Positions 1 to 12,613 of a stretch of 64,000 bases of DNA are shown here, in pieces; the stretch's first letter is position 1, and the number at the start of each line of letters is the position of its first letter. A program made the position numbers and the translations under genes. The stretch is from Actinomycetota bacterium. GTDB taxonomy: Bacteria; Actinomycetota; Aquicultoria; UBA3085; Oleimmundimicrobiaceae. The notes below the pieces were generated by a model. The model was given only the letters and a program-made list of their open reading frames with translations, did no database searches and was not told the origin of the DNA. The stretch covers positions 5,593-69,592 of the forward strand of contig JASEGU010000005.1 of NCBI GenBank assembly GCA_030017835.1, written 5' to 3'.

Positions 1-795
1 CCTTGGAGGCAGCCGGAGAGCTGCACCCTTATTTGTTCCTGCTGCTCAGCCGGAAAGACGTCTATTATACGGTTGATGCTCTGAGCGGCGTCTTGGGTGT
101 GGAGAGTGGCAAAGACCAAGTGGCCGGTCTCGGCGGCCGTTAGGGCTATCTTTATCGTCTCTAAATCTCTCATCTCACCGATCAGAATGACGTCTGGGTC
201 TTGGCGAAGGACGTGCTTTAAAGCGTTGGCAAAAGATTTGGTATCTGAGCCGACCTCTCTCTGGTTGACCATGCACCTCTTGTGTTGGTGCAAGAATTCT
301 ATGGGGTCTTCTACCGTCATAATATGATCTGTCCGGGTGTCGTTGATGATATTGATGAGTGAGGTCAAGGTGGTCGTCTTGCCGCTTCCGGTCGGCCCGG
401 TAACCAGTATGAAACCTTTTCGCCTCTTGGCAAGCTCGGCCAAGTGGGCGGGAAGACCAAGCTGCTCTAAGGTCAACGCCTCATGGGAGATCATCCTGAA
501 GGCCGCGCCCAAGCTGTCCCGTTGATAGTAGGCATTTACCCTAAAGCGGGCCTTGCCCGGAATTCCGTGGGAGAAATCGAGCTCCCATTGGGATTCCAAG
601 ATCATCCTCTGTTTGTCGGTGATGATGCCATAGATCATCTCCTTGATGGCATCCGGAGTCAACTTCCCGCTCCCCTCTAGGGGCGTCAAATTGCCGTTTA
701 TCCGGGTGGCCGGAGGAAATCCGGCGCTTAAATGGAGATCGGAAGCATTGGTTTCAATAAGTTTTACAAGCAATGAAGTCAGTTGGTCCGCTATT
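1..795 (-). CDS. pilT: Type IV pilus retraction ATPase PilT (partial; 3' end runs off the window)
   Basis: Minus-strand translation reads ADQLTSLLVKLIETNASDLHLSAGFPPATRING...GFILVTGPTGSGKTTT...DPDVILIGEMRDLETI...ETGHLVFATLHT, with Walker A, Asp box and His box. It is absent from the ORF track because there is no stop in the window and no ATG/GTG/TTG start. The only start candidate at good spacing from the GGGGTGA SD is ATA at 793-795. Confidence 0.85.
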
Positions 796-824
796 TCTTA
801 TCACCCCTTCAAATTCAAATAAAA

Positions 825-2479
825 TTATATTATAACCCTCATTACCTCTTCTATCGAGGTTAAGCCCAGCTTCACCTTCTCGAGGCCATCCTCCTTTAAG
901 GTCATCATGCCTTCGCTTACGGCCACCTTCTTTATCTCTTCGGAGCTTGTCCTCATCACGGCGAGCCTTTGGACCTCCTCGCTCATGATCATGAACTCAA
1001 AAAGACCGATGCGCCCCCTATAACCCATGTTGTTGCACTTGTTGCAACCGATAGCCTTATATGCCTTGAGCTTGGTCTTGGCCGAAAGCCCAAAGTATTT
1101 TTTGAGCTTGCTGTCGACCGTATACTCCTTTTTGCAGGCATCGCAGAGACGGCGGGTCAAACGCTGGGCGAGGACGCTGTCCAGAGCCGATGTTATAAGA
1201 AAGGGCTCGATGCCCATCTCGATTAGGCGGGTGACAGCCGAGGGGGCATCGTTGGTGTGCAGGGTGGATAAGACCAGGTGGCCGGTGAGGGCCGATTCGG
1301 TGCTTATCAGAGCCGTCTCGCGATCGCGGATCTCGCCGACCATAATAATGTCGGGGTCGGCTCGAAGGATGGAGCGCAGACCGCTTGCGAAGGTCAAGCC
1401 CGCTTTGACGTTGATCTGCATCTGATTTATCCGGTTGAAACGGTATTCTACCGGATCCTCGATGGTCACGATGTTCTTTTCAGGCGTGTTTAAGATGTTC
1501 AAGACGGCATAAAGGGTGGTCGATTTACCAGAGCCGGTTGGACCTGTAACCAGGATCTCGCCGTATGGTTTGGAGAATGACTGGGTGAATTTGGCGAGAG
1601 TATCTGGAAGGAAACCGAGGTCGGGCAGGGTTATGACGTTGCCTTCCTTTCGCAAGATCCTAAGGATCATGTTTTCACCGAAGGCCGATGGGATGGTTAC
1701 GGCCCTAAAATCTACTTTGGCGTCGCCGACCGTAAGTTCAAAGCGGCCGTCCTGCGGCTTTCTCGTCTCGGCGATGTCCATGGAAGACATAATCTTTAGG
1801 CGTGAAATGAGAGCCGATTGAAGATTTTTGGGCGAGCGCATCGTCTCGACCATTATGCCATCTATGCGCGTCCTTGTCCTAAGATCGTCCTCCATCGGCT
1901 CGAAGTGGACGTCGCTCGCCCCATCATTTACCGCCTGATTCAAGACGAGGTTTATCAGTTTTACGACCGGAGCCTCTTTGGCGATCTCTTTGAGTTCGCT
2001 TAAGGCCGCGCCCTTATCCTTATCCTCCTCTTCGGCGCCGAACTTGCCCAAGTGATAATACTTGCTTATGGCCGAGAAGAGGTCTTGCTCCCTAACCAAT
2101 ATGGTCTTTATATTGTAGCCGGTAAGTATCCTGATATCATCTAAGGCAAATACATTATCCGCATCCGAAACGGCGACAACCAGCCCGCCGGTGCCATCAA
2201 AGGCTACGGGCAGAGCCATGTACTTCCTGGCCATGTCTTCACCGATGGTCATGGCTGCTGCGGTATCGACCTTAAAATCGCTAAGGTCCACCAAGGCTTC
2301 GCCGTTTTCATCCAAAGAACCTCTTGGGGCGCTCCTTCTTTCCAAAAGGCCCCTCTCGACCATGACTATTTCTAGACCCACGCCTCGCTCCAGGCTCTCC
2401 GCTCTTATCTCCTTGGCCTCATCTTCACCGATAACGTTCTGGAAGACGAGAGAATCAAGAAAGGTATCTTCTTGAGCCA

Positions 2480-2480
<1 letters not shown>
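825..2480 (-). CDS. pilB: Type IV pilus assembly ATPase PilB/GspE family, paralogue 2 (551 aa)
   Basis: Carries PQDGRF, Walker A GPTGSGKSTT, ADPDIIMVGEIRD, LTGHLVLSTLHTND and the C-terminal tetracysteine CDACK...CNKCNNMGYRGR. Its ATG overlaps the upstream pilB stop (ATGA at 2478-2482). Confidence 0.9.
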
Positions 2481-4165
<1,685 letters not shown>

Positions 4166-4168
4166 GGG

Positions 4169-5035
4169 TTAAACTCCCTTTTTCTTCAAAGAATCCATCA
4201 AAGCCCTCTTCATCACGCTCACCGGTGGATCCAAGTGAGCCCATATCTCAAAGGCCGCGGCCCCTTGATATAATAGCATGCCTATGCCATCGATGCCGCT
4301 CGCTCCCTTGGATTTCGCCAGACTCAAAAGCTTTGGCTCCTTTGGCGAATAGGTCAGATCATAAACGAAGTTCTTCTCCGTTACGTGCTCAAAAAATTGG
4401 GGAACTTCATTGGTGAGCATCCCTAAGGGCGTGGCGTTCACAATCAATTCGCTCGCTTGGACTCTCTCTTTTAGATCATCGGAGAAATCAAAGCCGAAGG
4501 CCGGGCAATTGAAGCTCTTGGCTACCAGTTCTGCCAGCCTACCCGCTTTGTCTTTTGTTCTGTTTACAATGAATATCTCCTTAGCCCCGGCGATGGCCAG
4601 ACTTATGGCGACCGATTTGGCGGCTCCTCCGGCCCCGATCACCAGGGCGCGTTTGCCGGAAGGATCCCTTCGGCCATCCTTCTTTAGGCTGACCAGAAAA
4701 CCCCGACCATCGGTGTTGTGACCTATCAGTCTTCCTTCTTGAAAATGTATGGTATTGACCGCCCCCAGTATCTCCGCCTGAGGAGTCAGTTCATCCAAGA
4801 GCGGCTTTACTTTCTCCTTATACGGCATGGTCACATTGAGCCCGACCAAGTTCTCTATGGTCGTGGCCCATTTTATGAAGTCGTTAAAACCATCCTCCTC
4901 GACATGGAAGGGAAGATAAGACCAGTTGAGATCGAGTGCCTGAAAAGCGGCGTTATGCATGACAGGAGATAGGGTGTGAGCAACCGGATCGCCCACTATG
5001 CCCACCAGTTTGGTCCTGCCGTTGATCTTGACCAT
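4169..5035 (-). CDS. aroE: Shikimate dehydrogenase
   Basis: Motifs GIVGDPVAHTLSPVMHNAAF, NVTMPYK, NTDG and GAGGAAKSV. I chose the start at the internal Met (MVKINGRTKLVG) so that it abuts the upstream gene's stop at 5037. Confidence 0.9.
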   Translation of the reverse strand: MVKINGRTKLVGIVGDPVAHTLSPVMHNAAFQALDLNWSYLPFHVEEDGFNDFIKWATTIENLVGLNVTMPYKEKVKPLLDELTPQAEILGAVNTIHFQEGRLIGHNTDGRGFLVSLKKDGRRDPSGKRALVIGAGGAAKSVAISLAIAGAKEIFIVNRTKDKAGRLAELVAKSFNCPAFGFDFSDDLKERVQASELIVNATPLGMLTNEVPQFFEHVTEKNFVYDLTYSPKEPKLLSLAKSKGASGIDGIGMLLYQGAAAFEIWAHLDPPVSVMKRALMDSLKKKGV

Positions 5036-5036
5036 C

Positions 5037-5552
5037 TTAACTTGCCTCTTTCTGGAATCTCTGCAAAATGAATCCTTCAATCCGCCTAAGTATTTTAGTG
5101 TGAAAGAGCTCATGTCCGCTTAAGGGGACGACCAAAATGGTGTATAGACCCAGACGGTTCCCTCCATAAATATCGGTAAAAATCTGGTCTCCGATAACCG
5201 CCGTCTGGCAGGGAACGGTTCCAAGCGCCTTCATGCCACGCAAAAAGGCCGCCTTGGAAGGCTTTGTGGCCCTTGCGACCAGAGGGAGGCTCAGTTCATC
5301 TGCTATACGGCTTACCCTAAGCTTCCAATTGTTAGAGACGATGCAGACCAAGAACCCTCTCTCTTTCAGACCGATGAGCCAGTCTTTTAGCTCTTTTGAG
5401 GTGCCGTTCTCGTTTCTGGCCACCATAGTATTATCTAAATCTATGAGAAGGCCTTTTTTGCCGGCCTCCTTTAGCCTCAAGGTATCTATCTCAAATATCG
5501 AATTGTGGTACTCATCCGGAAAGAATCTTCTAATAAAAAATGCTCCCTTCAA
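5037..5552 (-). CDS. HAD-IIIA family phosphatase, YqeG-like
   Basis: Motifs LLIDLDNTMV, IVSNN and GDQIFTDIYGGNRLG. The position next to aroE matches the Bacillus yqeG cluster. Confidence 0.8.
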   Translation of the reverse strand: MKGAFFIRRFFPDEYHNSIFEIDTLRLKEAGKKGLLIDLDNTMVARNENGTSKELKDWLIGLKERGFLVCIVSNNWKLRVSRIADELSLPLVARATKPSKAAFLRGMKALGTVPCQTAVIGDQIFTDIYGGNRLGLYTILVVPLSGHELFHTKILRRIEGFILQRFQKEAS

Positions 5553-5630
5553 ATCTCATCCTTAACGCAAGAATTTAGCCCATCGATAGGGACTTCTGTC
5601 AGAGAAAACATTATAGAATAAATCGGCCTA

Positions 5631-6896
5631 TTAAGTCAGACCGATTACCCTCCTTCTTAAAATAGCGTATGGGCTTAGAGCATAACCAAAGTCTATATCT
5701 ACAATCTGGTTGGGATTGGCGACCTGCATCTGGCCGCCCGCTGAAGCGTCAAACATCGACTGCAAACTGAATTCGAAGAGGGAGCTTGGAGTCATAACCT
5801 CTACCCTGTCCCCAATTTCGAATCGGTTCTTGACCGAGATCCTGGTCAGTTGGTCGGTTGAGCCGATAACGACTCCCAGAAAATCGTGAGTCTTAATATA
5901 ACTCGAGCTAGATGTCTTCTCCATTACGGGAGCGACCGGAAAAGACATCTCATCCGACAGAAAACCCTCGGTGTAGCCCCGATGACTGACCTTGGCCAAT
6001 TCCTTCTCCCAAGCCTCATTAAAGACGAAATCCTCGCCCATTTTTAAGCATTCATCGATGATGGTGCGATAGACCTTGGTGACGGTCGCTACATAGTGGA
6101 GACTCTTCATCCGCCCCTCAATTTTGAAGCTATCGACGCCGGCCGAAATAAGGCTATCGATTCGGCGGGCCAGAGAGAGATCCTTGGAGTTGAAGAGGTA
6201 TGTCCCCCGCTCATCCTCAAAGACGGGCAGAAACTCGCCCGGCCTCTCCTCTTCCATCATATGATACTTCCACCTGCAGCTCTGGGCGCACTCGCCCCTA
6301 TTGGCTTCCCTTCCCGCAAGATAAGCGCTTATCAAGCAGCGCCCCGAATGGGCGATACACATGGCCCCATGGACAAATACCTCGATCTCAGCCTTTATTT
6401 CTTTCTTTATCTTTTCGATCTCCAAGAGTGAAAGCTCGCGGGCTAGAACAATTCTCTTCACTCCAAGGTCTTCGAAGAATCTTGCGGCCATAAAATTGGT
6501 CACATTTGCCTGGGTGCTTAAATGGACGCAGAGAGGCAGATTTTTCTCCTTGATAAGGAGAAGAAGCCCCGGATCGGCCACTATGACGGCATCGACCTCA
6601 GCCTGGGCCAGATCATAAAGATAGGCGGCAAGGGGGATAATGTCGTCGTTTCTCAGAAAGATGTTTGCGGCCACGTAGACCCTCTTGCCGCGCTTATGAG
6701 CGAACTCAACCGCTTCTTTAATCTTAGAAATATCGAAATTCGAGGCGGAGCTGCGCAATCCAAACTTGGGTCCTCCGACATAGACGGCGTCGGCTCCGTA
6801 GGCTATGACATATTTTAGAGTCTCTAGGTCCTTGGCCGGAGCGAGAAGCTCCGGTCTTTTGAGGGGCGCCGTCTTGGCCGTCCTACTAGAAACCAT
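5631..6896 (-). CDS. Peptidase U32 family protein (collagenase-like / RNA hydroxylation family)
   Basis: N-terminus PELLAPAKDLETLKYVIAYGADAVYVGG, plus a cysteine cluster CIAHSGRCLISAY...ECAQSCRW. The position downstream of mltG matches the Bacillus yrrN/O cluster. Confidence 0.85.
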   Translation of the reverse strand: MVSSRTAKTAPLKRPELLAPAKDLETLKYVIAYGADAVYVGGPKFGLRSSASNFDISKIKEAVEFAHKRGKRVYVAANIFLRNDDIIPLAAYLYDLAQAEVDAVIVADPGLLLLIKEKNLPLCVHLSTQANVTNFMAARFFEDLGVKRIVLARELSLLEIEKIKKEIKAEIEVFVHGAMCIAHSGRCLISAYLAGREANRGECAQSCRWKYHMMEEERPGEFLPVFEDERGTYLFNSKDLSLARRIDSLISAGVDSFKIEGRMKSLHYVATVTKVYRTIIDECLKMGEDFVFNEAWEKELAKVSHRGYTEGFLSDEMSFPVAPVMEKTSSSSYIKTHDFLGVVIGSTDQLTRISVKNRFEIGDRVEVMTPSSLFEFSLQSMFDASAGGQMQVANPNQIVDIDFGYALSPYAILRRRVIGLT

Positions 6897-7944
6897 TCTT
6901 CGCCTTGGCTTTGGCGGCCTGAAACTCTTCGTAGGACGAGGTGAAGGTATGGTTTCCGGCCGAATCAGTCAAAACATAGTAGAGATAATCGACCGAGGCC
7001 GGGTTCAAAGCGGCCTTTATGGAGCTCAGGCCGGGATTGCAAATCGGACCAGGAGGAAAACCGGGGTGAAGATAGGTATTGTAGGGCGAATCGAACTTTA
7101 GATCGGCCAAGGTTAGCTCCTCTTTTCTCTCGGGGAGGACATATTGGACCGTGGCGCATATCTGCAAAGCCATTCCCTTTTTTAAGCGATTGTGGATGAC
7201 GGCCGAGACCAACTCGCGTTCGCTTTCGACCTTTACCTCTTTTTCGATGAGGGAGGCGATGGTAAGTATCTCGTGGAGGCTGTACTCCTTGCCCATCACC
7301 TTTTTTAAGCGGACACTTGAAACCTCCCGGTTGAATTGAGAAAGAATCTCTTGGACCACGGACGATTCATCATCACCCTCGGTGAAGAGGTAGGTCTTGG
7401 GAAAGAGATAGCCCTCAAGCGATCCTGTGGGCCTCTCATTGACGACCGTCGGGACGCCGAAATCCAATGACTCCCCATCGAGCAGCATATTCTCCAGCTT
7501 CAATCGATCAAGATCCATGATATTCTCGAATCTCGCCGCTATCTGTTTTGCGGTAAACCCTTCGGGAATGACGACTGTAAAGAGTTTTTTATCGCTCATC
7601 TTGGGACCCTTGACAAGTCGATCTATTACATCGAAATAGGACATCTCCTCGCTCATGATATAGTTTCCCGACTTCAAATTGGCCCCCTGACCGCCAAGCA
7701 GCGTAAAGAGGGTAAATTTGAAGCGGCTGGGAATGACGCCGCCTTTGGCCAGCTTTTCGGCTATCTCTGTAACTCCGCTACCAGAAGGGGCCTCTATCAA
7801 AACCAACCTATCCAAATCGGATGAGTTGAGCCCGACTATCTTTATTGGAATTATGCTTATAAGGAGAGAGAAGATGAATAGGGAGACCAGGAAGAGAGAT
7901 GTCGTTCTCCTTTTTCGATAAATATCTTCATTCAGTCTCTTCAC
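6886..7944 (-). CDS. mltG: Endolytic murein transglycosylase MltG (YceG-like)
   Basis: N-terminal TM helix, EGYLFPKTY motif, ASLIEKE and SPYNTY motifs. Confidence 0.9.
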   Translation of the reverse strand: MKRLNEDIYRKRRTTSLFLVSLFIFSLLISIIPIKIVGLNSSDLDRLVLIEAPSGSGVTEIAEKLAKGGVIPSRFKFTLFTLLGGQGANLKSGNYIMSEEMSYFDVIDRLVKGPKMSDKKLFTVVIPEGFTAKQIAARFENIMDLDRLKLENMLLDGESLDFGVPTVVNERPTGSLEGYLFPKTYLFTEGDDESSVVQEILSQFNREVSSVRLKKVMGKEYSLHEILTIASLIEKEVKVESERELVSAVIHNRLKKGMALQICATVQYVLPERKEELTLADLKFDSPYNTYLHPGFPPGPICNPGLSSIKAALNPASVDYLYYVLTDSAGNHTFTSSYEEFQAAKAKAKNGF

Positions 7945-8368
7945 AAAAGGCCTCTCTATCTCTTATGCTATCCAGATAGCTCTGTAATATGAAGACGGCG
8001 GCCACCCTATCGACCAGTCCCCTCCTCTTCTTGCGGCCGACGTCAGCTTCGATGAGCAGACGGGTCGCCATGGAGGTCGTAAATCTCTCATCCCATGTGA
8101 TGACGGGTACCTTCAGCTTATCTTCGAGCTTCTTGACGTAAGCAATGGTCTCTTCGGCCTGGGGACCAAGTGAGCCGTTCATGCTGGTAGGAAGGCCGAC
8201 AACCACCTTATCCACCTCGTTCTCCTCTACCAAACCCTTTATCTCAAGAATCTCCTCATCATGATCACCCCGGTTGATGGTCTTCAGGGGGGTGGCCGCA
8301 AGGAGAAGGGGATCGGAAAGGGCGATGCCTATCCTCTTCTGGCCGACATCGAGACCTAGCCGTCTCAC
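7928..8368 (-). CDS. ruvX: Putative pre-16S rRNA nuclease / Holliday junction resolvase-like RuvX (YqgF)
   Basis: Motifs LGLDVGQKRIGIALSD and DERFTT. Lies directly downstream of alaS. Confidence 0.9.
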   Translation of the reverse strand: MRRLGLDVGQKRIGIALSDPLLLAATPLKTINRGDHDEEILEIKGLVEENEVDKVVVGLPTSMNGSLGPQAEETIAYVKKLEDKLKVPVITWDERFTTSMATRLLIEADVGRKKRRGLVDRVAAVFILQSYLDSIRDREAFCEETE

Positions 8369-8405
8369 CTAAAGCTCCTCCGCAAATTGAATCACAAAAT
8401 CCATC

Positions 8406-11048
8406 TCATGAACTTCCTTCGTCCTTTTTTCGCACATATTGGACAGCCCGTTCGATGGCGGCTTCAAGACCGCCGGGATTCTTGCCACCCGCTTGAGCCA
8501 TCTCCTTTCGACCGCCGCCTCCCCCCCCGATAAGCGGGGATATCTCCTTTATGATTTCGCCGGCATCAAAACCCTTTTCAATCAGTTTTAAGGGAACATG
8601 AGCAAGAAGAAAAGCGCGATCATCCTTGGAGGCGCCGAGAACGACGAGTGCGCCCGCGGCCTTCTCCTTTAAAATGTCCACGAATGAACGGAGCCCATCG
8701 ATATCATCTGCCTGAACTATTTGGGCGATTAGCTCAACTCCTCTAAGGGACTGAGTGCTTGAAATTAGGCCGTCGATGTCGGCGCCGGCCAAGCGTCTCT
8801 TCAGATCGGCCGCCCTCTTTTCAGCCGCTTTCAAGGCCTCCTGCAAGGCTTGTGTCCGCTTGGCGACCTCAAAATCGCCGCACCTTAAGATGGCCGCTGC
8901 CGCCTTTAACTCATCCTCTTCAAGGTAGAATTCATTCAAGGCTAACAGAGCGGTCGTCGCCTCGACCCTTCTGGTATTTGCGGCGATGCTACTTTCAGCG
9001 GCTATCTTGAAGAGACCGATGTCGGAGGTGGCCGAGACATGGGTGCCCCCACAAAGTTCGCGGCTGAAATCGCCGACTTCAAGAACACGCACCGTTTCGC
9101 CGTATTTTTCTCCAAAAAGGGCGATGACGCCGGCCGCTTTGGCCGCCTCCAATGAAGTCTCATGGAAACTTACGGTCAGGTTGGCCATTATCTTTTCGTT
9201 GACCATTTTCTCCACCTTCCGAAGCGTCGAAGGCGGTATCGCTTCGAAATGCGTGAAATCGAACCTTAATTTTTCCTCATCAACTGAGGAGCCCGCTTGC
9301 TTTATGTGCCTGCCCAGGGCATTTGAAAGCGCCCAGTGAAGGATGTGGGTTGCCGTGTGGTTGCGGCAGATCGAAGCCCTTCTGCTGATATCTATCGATG
9401 CGGTCGCCCTCTGGCCTTCCTCTATGTGCCCACTTAGCACCCTAGCCTTATGAACGATTAGGTCTGGGGCCGGATAGAAGGCGTGGTTTACCAAAAGCCG
9501 TCCGGTCTCCGTCTCGATAACTCCATGATCTGCAACCTGGCCGCCCTTTTCAGCATAGATGGGCGTCTCTTTGAGAATGATCTCGACTTCGTCTCCTTCG
9601 CCGGCCCGCTCTATAAAGTCATTATCCTTTATTATGCCCAAGACGACCGTCTCTTGGGAGGCTGAATTATAACCTGTAAATTCGGTCTTTCCGAAACTAT
9701 CCAGGGCCGTAAGATGGACTTGACCTGCTGACTCAAAAGCTGAATCTACCCTGGCCGCCTTGGCCTTGGCCCTTTGGCCGGCCATCAGTTCTTTAAAGAG
9801 TTTGTCATCGACACTAAACCCATTCTCTTGGGCAATTTCGCGCGTGAGCTCAATGGGAAAACCGTAGGTATCATAGAGTTGAAAGGCAAGATCGCCCGAG
9901 ATCATAGCGCTCTCCTTGCTCCGCTCGACCGAAATGATGTTATCCAAAATCCCCAAGCCCTGCTTTAGGGTGCTTAAAAATCTCTCCTCCTCGCTGACCA
10001 TGATCCGCTTTACGTAGTCGAGGTTATCCTTGAGATCGGGATAGGTCTGTCGCATGAGATCAATGACGACCGAGGCCACCTCGAAAGCGAACCCCTCGTC
10101 TATGCCAAGGAGGCGGCCATGTCTGATGGCCCTTCTCAAAAGCCTCCTTAAGACATAGCCCCTGCCCTCATTTGAGGGGATAACCCCGTCGTTTATCAAA
10201 AAGGTTACCGCCCTTATGTGGTCGGCGATTATCTTAAGCGAAATGTCGCTCTTTTCTGCGGCTCCATAGTTGACCCCGCTTAAAGCGGATATCTTGTCTA
10301 TTATGGGCCCTATGAGGTCCGTCTCGAAATTGGTTTTTACCCCCTGAAGTATCGAGGCGGCCCGTTCGACGCCAAATCCGGTATCGATATTCTTGGCCGG
10401 GAGATCGGTCAATTTTCCGTCTTCGCTCCTGTAATATTGCATGAATACCAGGTTCCAGATCTCTAAAAAACGGTCGCAATCGCAGCCGACCGTGCAATCT
10501 TCGTTTTTGCAGCCCCTCTCCTTACCAAAATCGTAATGGATCTCAGAACAGGGGCCACAGGGTCCGACGGGACCGGCCGACCAGAAGTTGCTATCCTCAC
10601 CAAGCCTTACTATCCTTTTTGGATCGACGCCCACATCATCCTTCCAGATTTTGAAAGCCTCATCATCGTCGGTGAATACGCTGACCCAAAGATGGTTTGG
10701 ATCCAGACCCAAATCCTTGGTCAAAAACTCCCATGCCCAGGGGATCATCTCCTTCTTGTAATAATCGCCAAAAGAAAAGTTTCCGAGCATCTCGAAGAAG
10801 GTCAAGTGGCGGGCAGTGTGACCGACTTTTTCTATGTCGGTCGTCCTGCAGCACTTCTGGACGGTAGTAATCCTGGTAAATTCGGGCTTTATGTCGCCCT
10901 GAAATATTGGCTTGAATTGGACCATGCCGGCCGTCGTAAGAAGGAGGGTGGGGTCGTCCGGAACCAGGGACGAACTTGGTAGAACCTTGTGTCCCCTCTT
11001 TTCGAAGAATGAGAGAAAACTCTTTTTTATTTCAGAACTCTTCATCAA
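8406..11048 (-). CDS. alaS: Alanine--tRNA ligase
   Basis: 880 aa. Carries the class II AlaRS N-terminus FLSFFEKRGHKVLPSSSLVP, the editing-domain HTATHILH motif, and a C-terminal DHHA1-type GGGGG. Confidence 0.97.
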   Translation of the reverse strand: MMKSSEIKKSFLSFFEKRGHKVLPSSSLVPDDPTLLLTTAGMVQFKPIFQGDIKPEFTRITTVQKCCRTTDIEKVGHTARHLTFFEMLGNFSFGDYYKKEMIPWAWEFLTKDLGLDPNHLWVSVFTDDDEAFKIWKDDVGVDPKRIVRLGEDSNFWSAGPVGPCGPCSEIHYDFGKERGCKNEDCTVGCDCDRFLEIWNLVFMQYYRSEDGKLTDLPAKNIDTGFGVERAASILQGVKTNFETDLIGPIIDKISALSGVNYGAAEKSDISLKIIADHIRAVTFLINDGVIPSNEGRGYVLRRLLRRAIRHGRLLGIDEGFAFEVASVVIDLMRQTYPDLKDNLDYVKRIMVSEEERFLSTLKQGLGILDNIISVERSKESAMISGDLAFQLYDTYGFPIELTREIAQENGFSVDDKLFKELMAGQRAKAKAARVDSAFESAGQVHLTALDSFGKTEFTGYNSASQETVVLGIIKDNDFIERAGEGDEVEIILKETPIYAEKGGQVADHGVIETETGRLLVNHAFYPAPDLIVHKARVLSGHIEEGQRATASIDISRRASICRNHTATHILHWALSNALGRHIKQAGSSVDEEKLRFDFTHFEAIPPSTLRKVEKMVNEKIMANLTVSFHETSLEAAKAAGVIALFGEKYGETVRVLEVGDFSRELCGGTHVSATSDIGLFKIAAESSIAANTRRVEATTALLALNEFYLEEDELKAAAAILRCGDFEVAKRTQALQEALKAAEKRAADLKRRLAGADIDGLISSTQSLRGVELIAQIVQADDIDGLRSFVDILKEKAAGALVVLGASKDDRAFLLAHVPLKLIEKGFDAGEIIKEISPLIGGGGGGRKEMAQAGGKNPGGLEAAIERAVQYVRKKDEGSS

Positions 11049-11066
11049 TAATGACTCTCCAGTTGG

Positions 11067-12179
11067 TTAGCTTAAGGGGATAGTCTCCCCTCTTTTCTTT
11101 AAGAAGTAGAAGTAGAGCCCCTTGACAGTTGCCGCAACCGGGGTGGCCAAAAGGATGCCGAGCGGTCCCAAGAGACTGCCCCCGATAAGGATGGCTACTA
11201 GAACGGCCAGGGGGTGGAGGTCTACTTGCTTGCCCATGACGTTTGGCGATATTAAGAAGGCCTCGATCTGCTGAATCGCAACCATGGCAACGATCACCCA
11301 GAAGGCCGTCATGGGCGACTGAAAGAAGGCAACAATGACGGCGAGCCCGCCGCCGATTATGGGACCAAGGTATGGGATGATATCGAATAATCCTATTATG
11401 AAGGCGAGGGCGAATGCGTATTCGACCTTAAGGAGAGAGAGTGATATCCAGCTCAAAATGGCAACGGCCAAAATGACCAGGGCTTGTCCCTTCAAGAAAC
11501 CCTTCAGTGATACGTTGACCATCCTTAAGGCCTCGTTGAAGTTTTGCAGATGAGACTTGGGCACAAGCCCTAAAAAGAAACCGGATATCGTCTCATAATC
11601 CATCAGGATATAGAAGGATATGATCAGAGCAAAAAAGGGTTTTAATACGGCCGAAACGATGAAGGATAGAGCGCCGACAGTGTGGCCGGGCAAAAGAGAG
11701 AATGCCTCGAGCATATATTCGCCGAATGATACGGCGGCACTGCTTAGGTAATCCAGAGCCTCTGGAGGTAATTTTAAGGCTGCAAATTGGGTCCGATAGT
11801 CGCTTACCACCTTTTCCAGCTCAAAAAAGTAGCCGGGGAGTTTTTCGATCAAGCCGCTTATCTGAGAAATGAATATGGGGGCGACCGCCAACACAATTAG
11901 ACCGAGAGCAATAGCAAGGACCAGATAGCTTAAAATGACCGCCAAAAACCTTGGCGCTCTCTTCTTCTCAAAGAAATTTACTACGGGTTTCAAGATGTAA
12001 ACGATGATGAGAGCGTATAGGAAGAGGGTTATAACGTCGCTTATTTTGGACATGGCTATCATCAGGAAGTAGGCGAGCATCAAGAGGCCCACAACTGACC
12101 AGGAGATGAAGAAGAGCTTTTTGAAATCGTCCATATTAAACTTTGAGCTTCTATTCACAGCTTCACCTGGAAGAATCAT
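11067..12179 (-). CDS. AI-2E family transporter (PerM/UPF0118)
   Basis: Polytopic membrane protein with a conserved C-terminal LLGPLGILLATPVAA-type segment. Confidence 0.8.
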   Translation of the reverse strand: MILPGEAVNRSSKFNMDDFKKLFFISWSVVGLLMLAYFLMIAMSKISDVITLFLYALIIVYILKPVVNFFEKKRAPRFLAVILSYLVLAIALGLIVLAVAPIFISQISGLIEKLPGYFFELEKVVSDYRTQFAALKLPPEALDYLSSAAVSFGEYMLEAFSLLPGHTVGALSFIVSAVLKPFFALIISFYILMDYETISGFFLGLVPKSHLQNFNEALRMVNVSLKGFLKGQALVILAVAILSWISLSLLKVEYAFALAFIIGLFDIIPYLGPIIGGGLAVIVAFFQSPMTAFWVIVAMVAIQQIEAFLISPNVMGKQVDLHPLAVLVAILIGGSLLGPLGILLATPVAATVKGLYFYFLKKRGETIPLS

Positions 12180-12191
12180 TGAAGTGACTTC

Positions 12192-12542
12192 TTAGACTAT
12201 GTAATCCAAGGGCTCCTCAACCTCTTGGGAATCCTTGAGCTTAGACCCCAAAAGATCGGCTTCGGCCTGGACGGCCGCCAATTTGGCCTCATCCAATATT
12301 TTGATCAAACCGCCCATCGCCTCTATCAGATGCGGCTTCGAATTATCCATCGCCTCTTCGAGCCGATCCTTCACAAGCTCGCGAAGGGTCGGGCTGAGGG
12401 CGCAGACCATGCCAAGCCCAGCCAGGAGTCCGAGTAAAAACTTTGCATTTCTGGTATCTTCTCTTCCCATTAAACCTTCTTTTAAGTTCGAGTCGGGGTC
12501 GTCGCCTTGAAAAAGAGGGCTCAGATTCTTTTCAAACACCAT
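12192..12542 (-). CDS. Hypothetical small membrane-anchored coiled-coil protein
   Basis: One hydrophobic helix (FLLGLLAGLGMVCAL) followed by a charged helical tail. No family recognised and the start is uncertain. Confidence 0.45.
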   Translation of the reverse strand: MVFEKNLSPLFQGDDPDSNLKEGLMGREDTRNAKFLLGLLAGLGMVCALSPTLRELVKDRLEEAMDNSKPHLIEAMGGLIKILDEAKLAAVQAEADLLGSKLKDSQEVEEPLDYIV

Positions 12543-12613
12543 CGTTTAAGACTTTTACCTGTTAAACCTGGTCAGAAGCCAAGACAAAGTTTATCATAAC
12601 CAAAAAATGAAAT

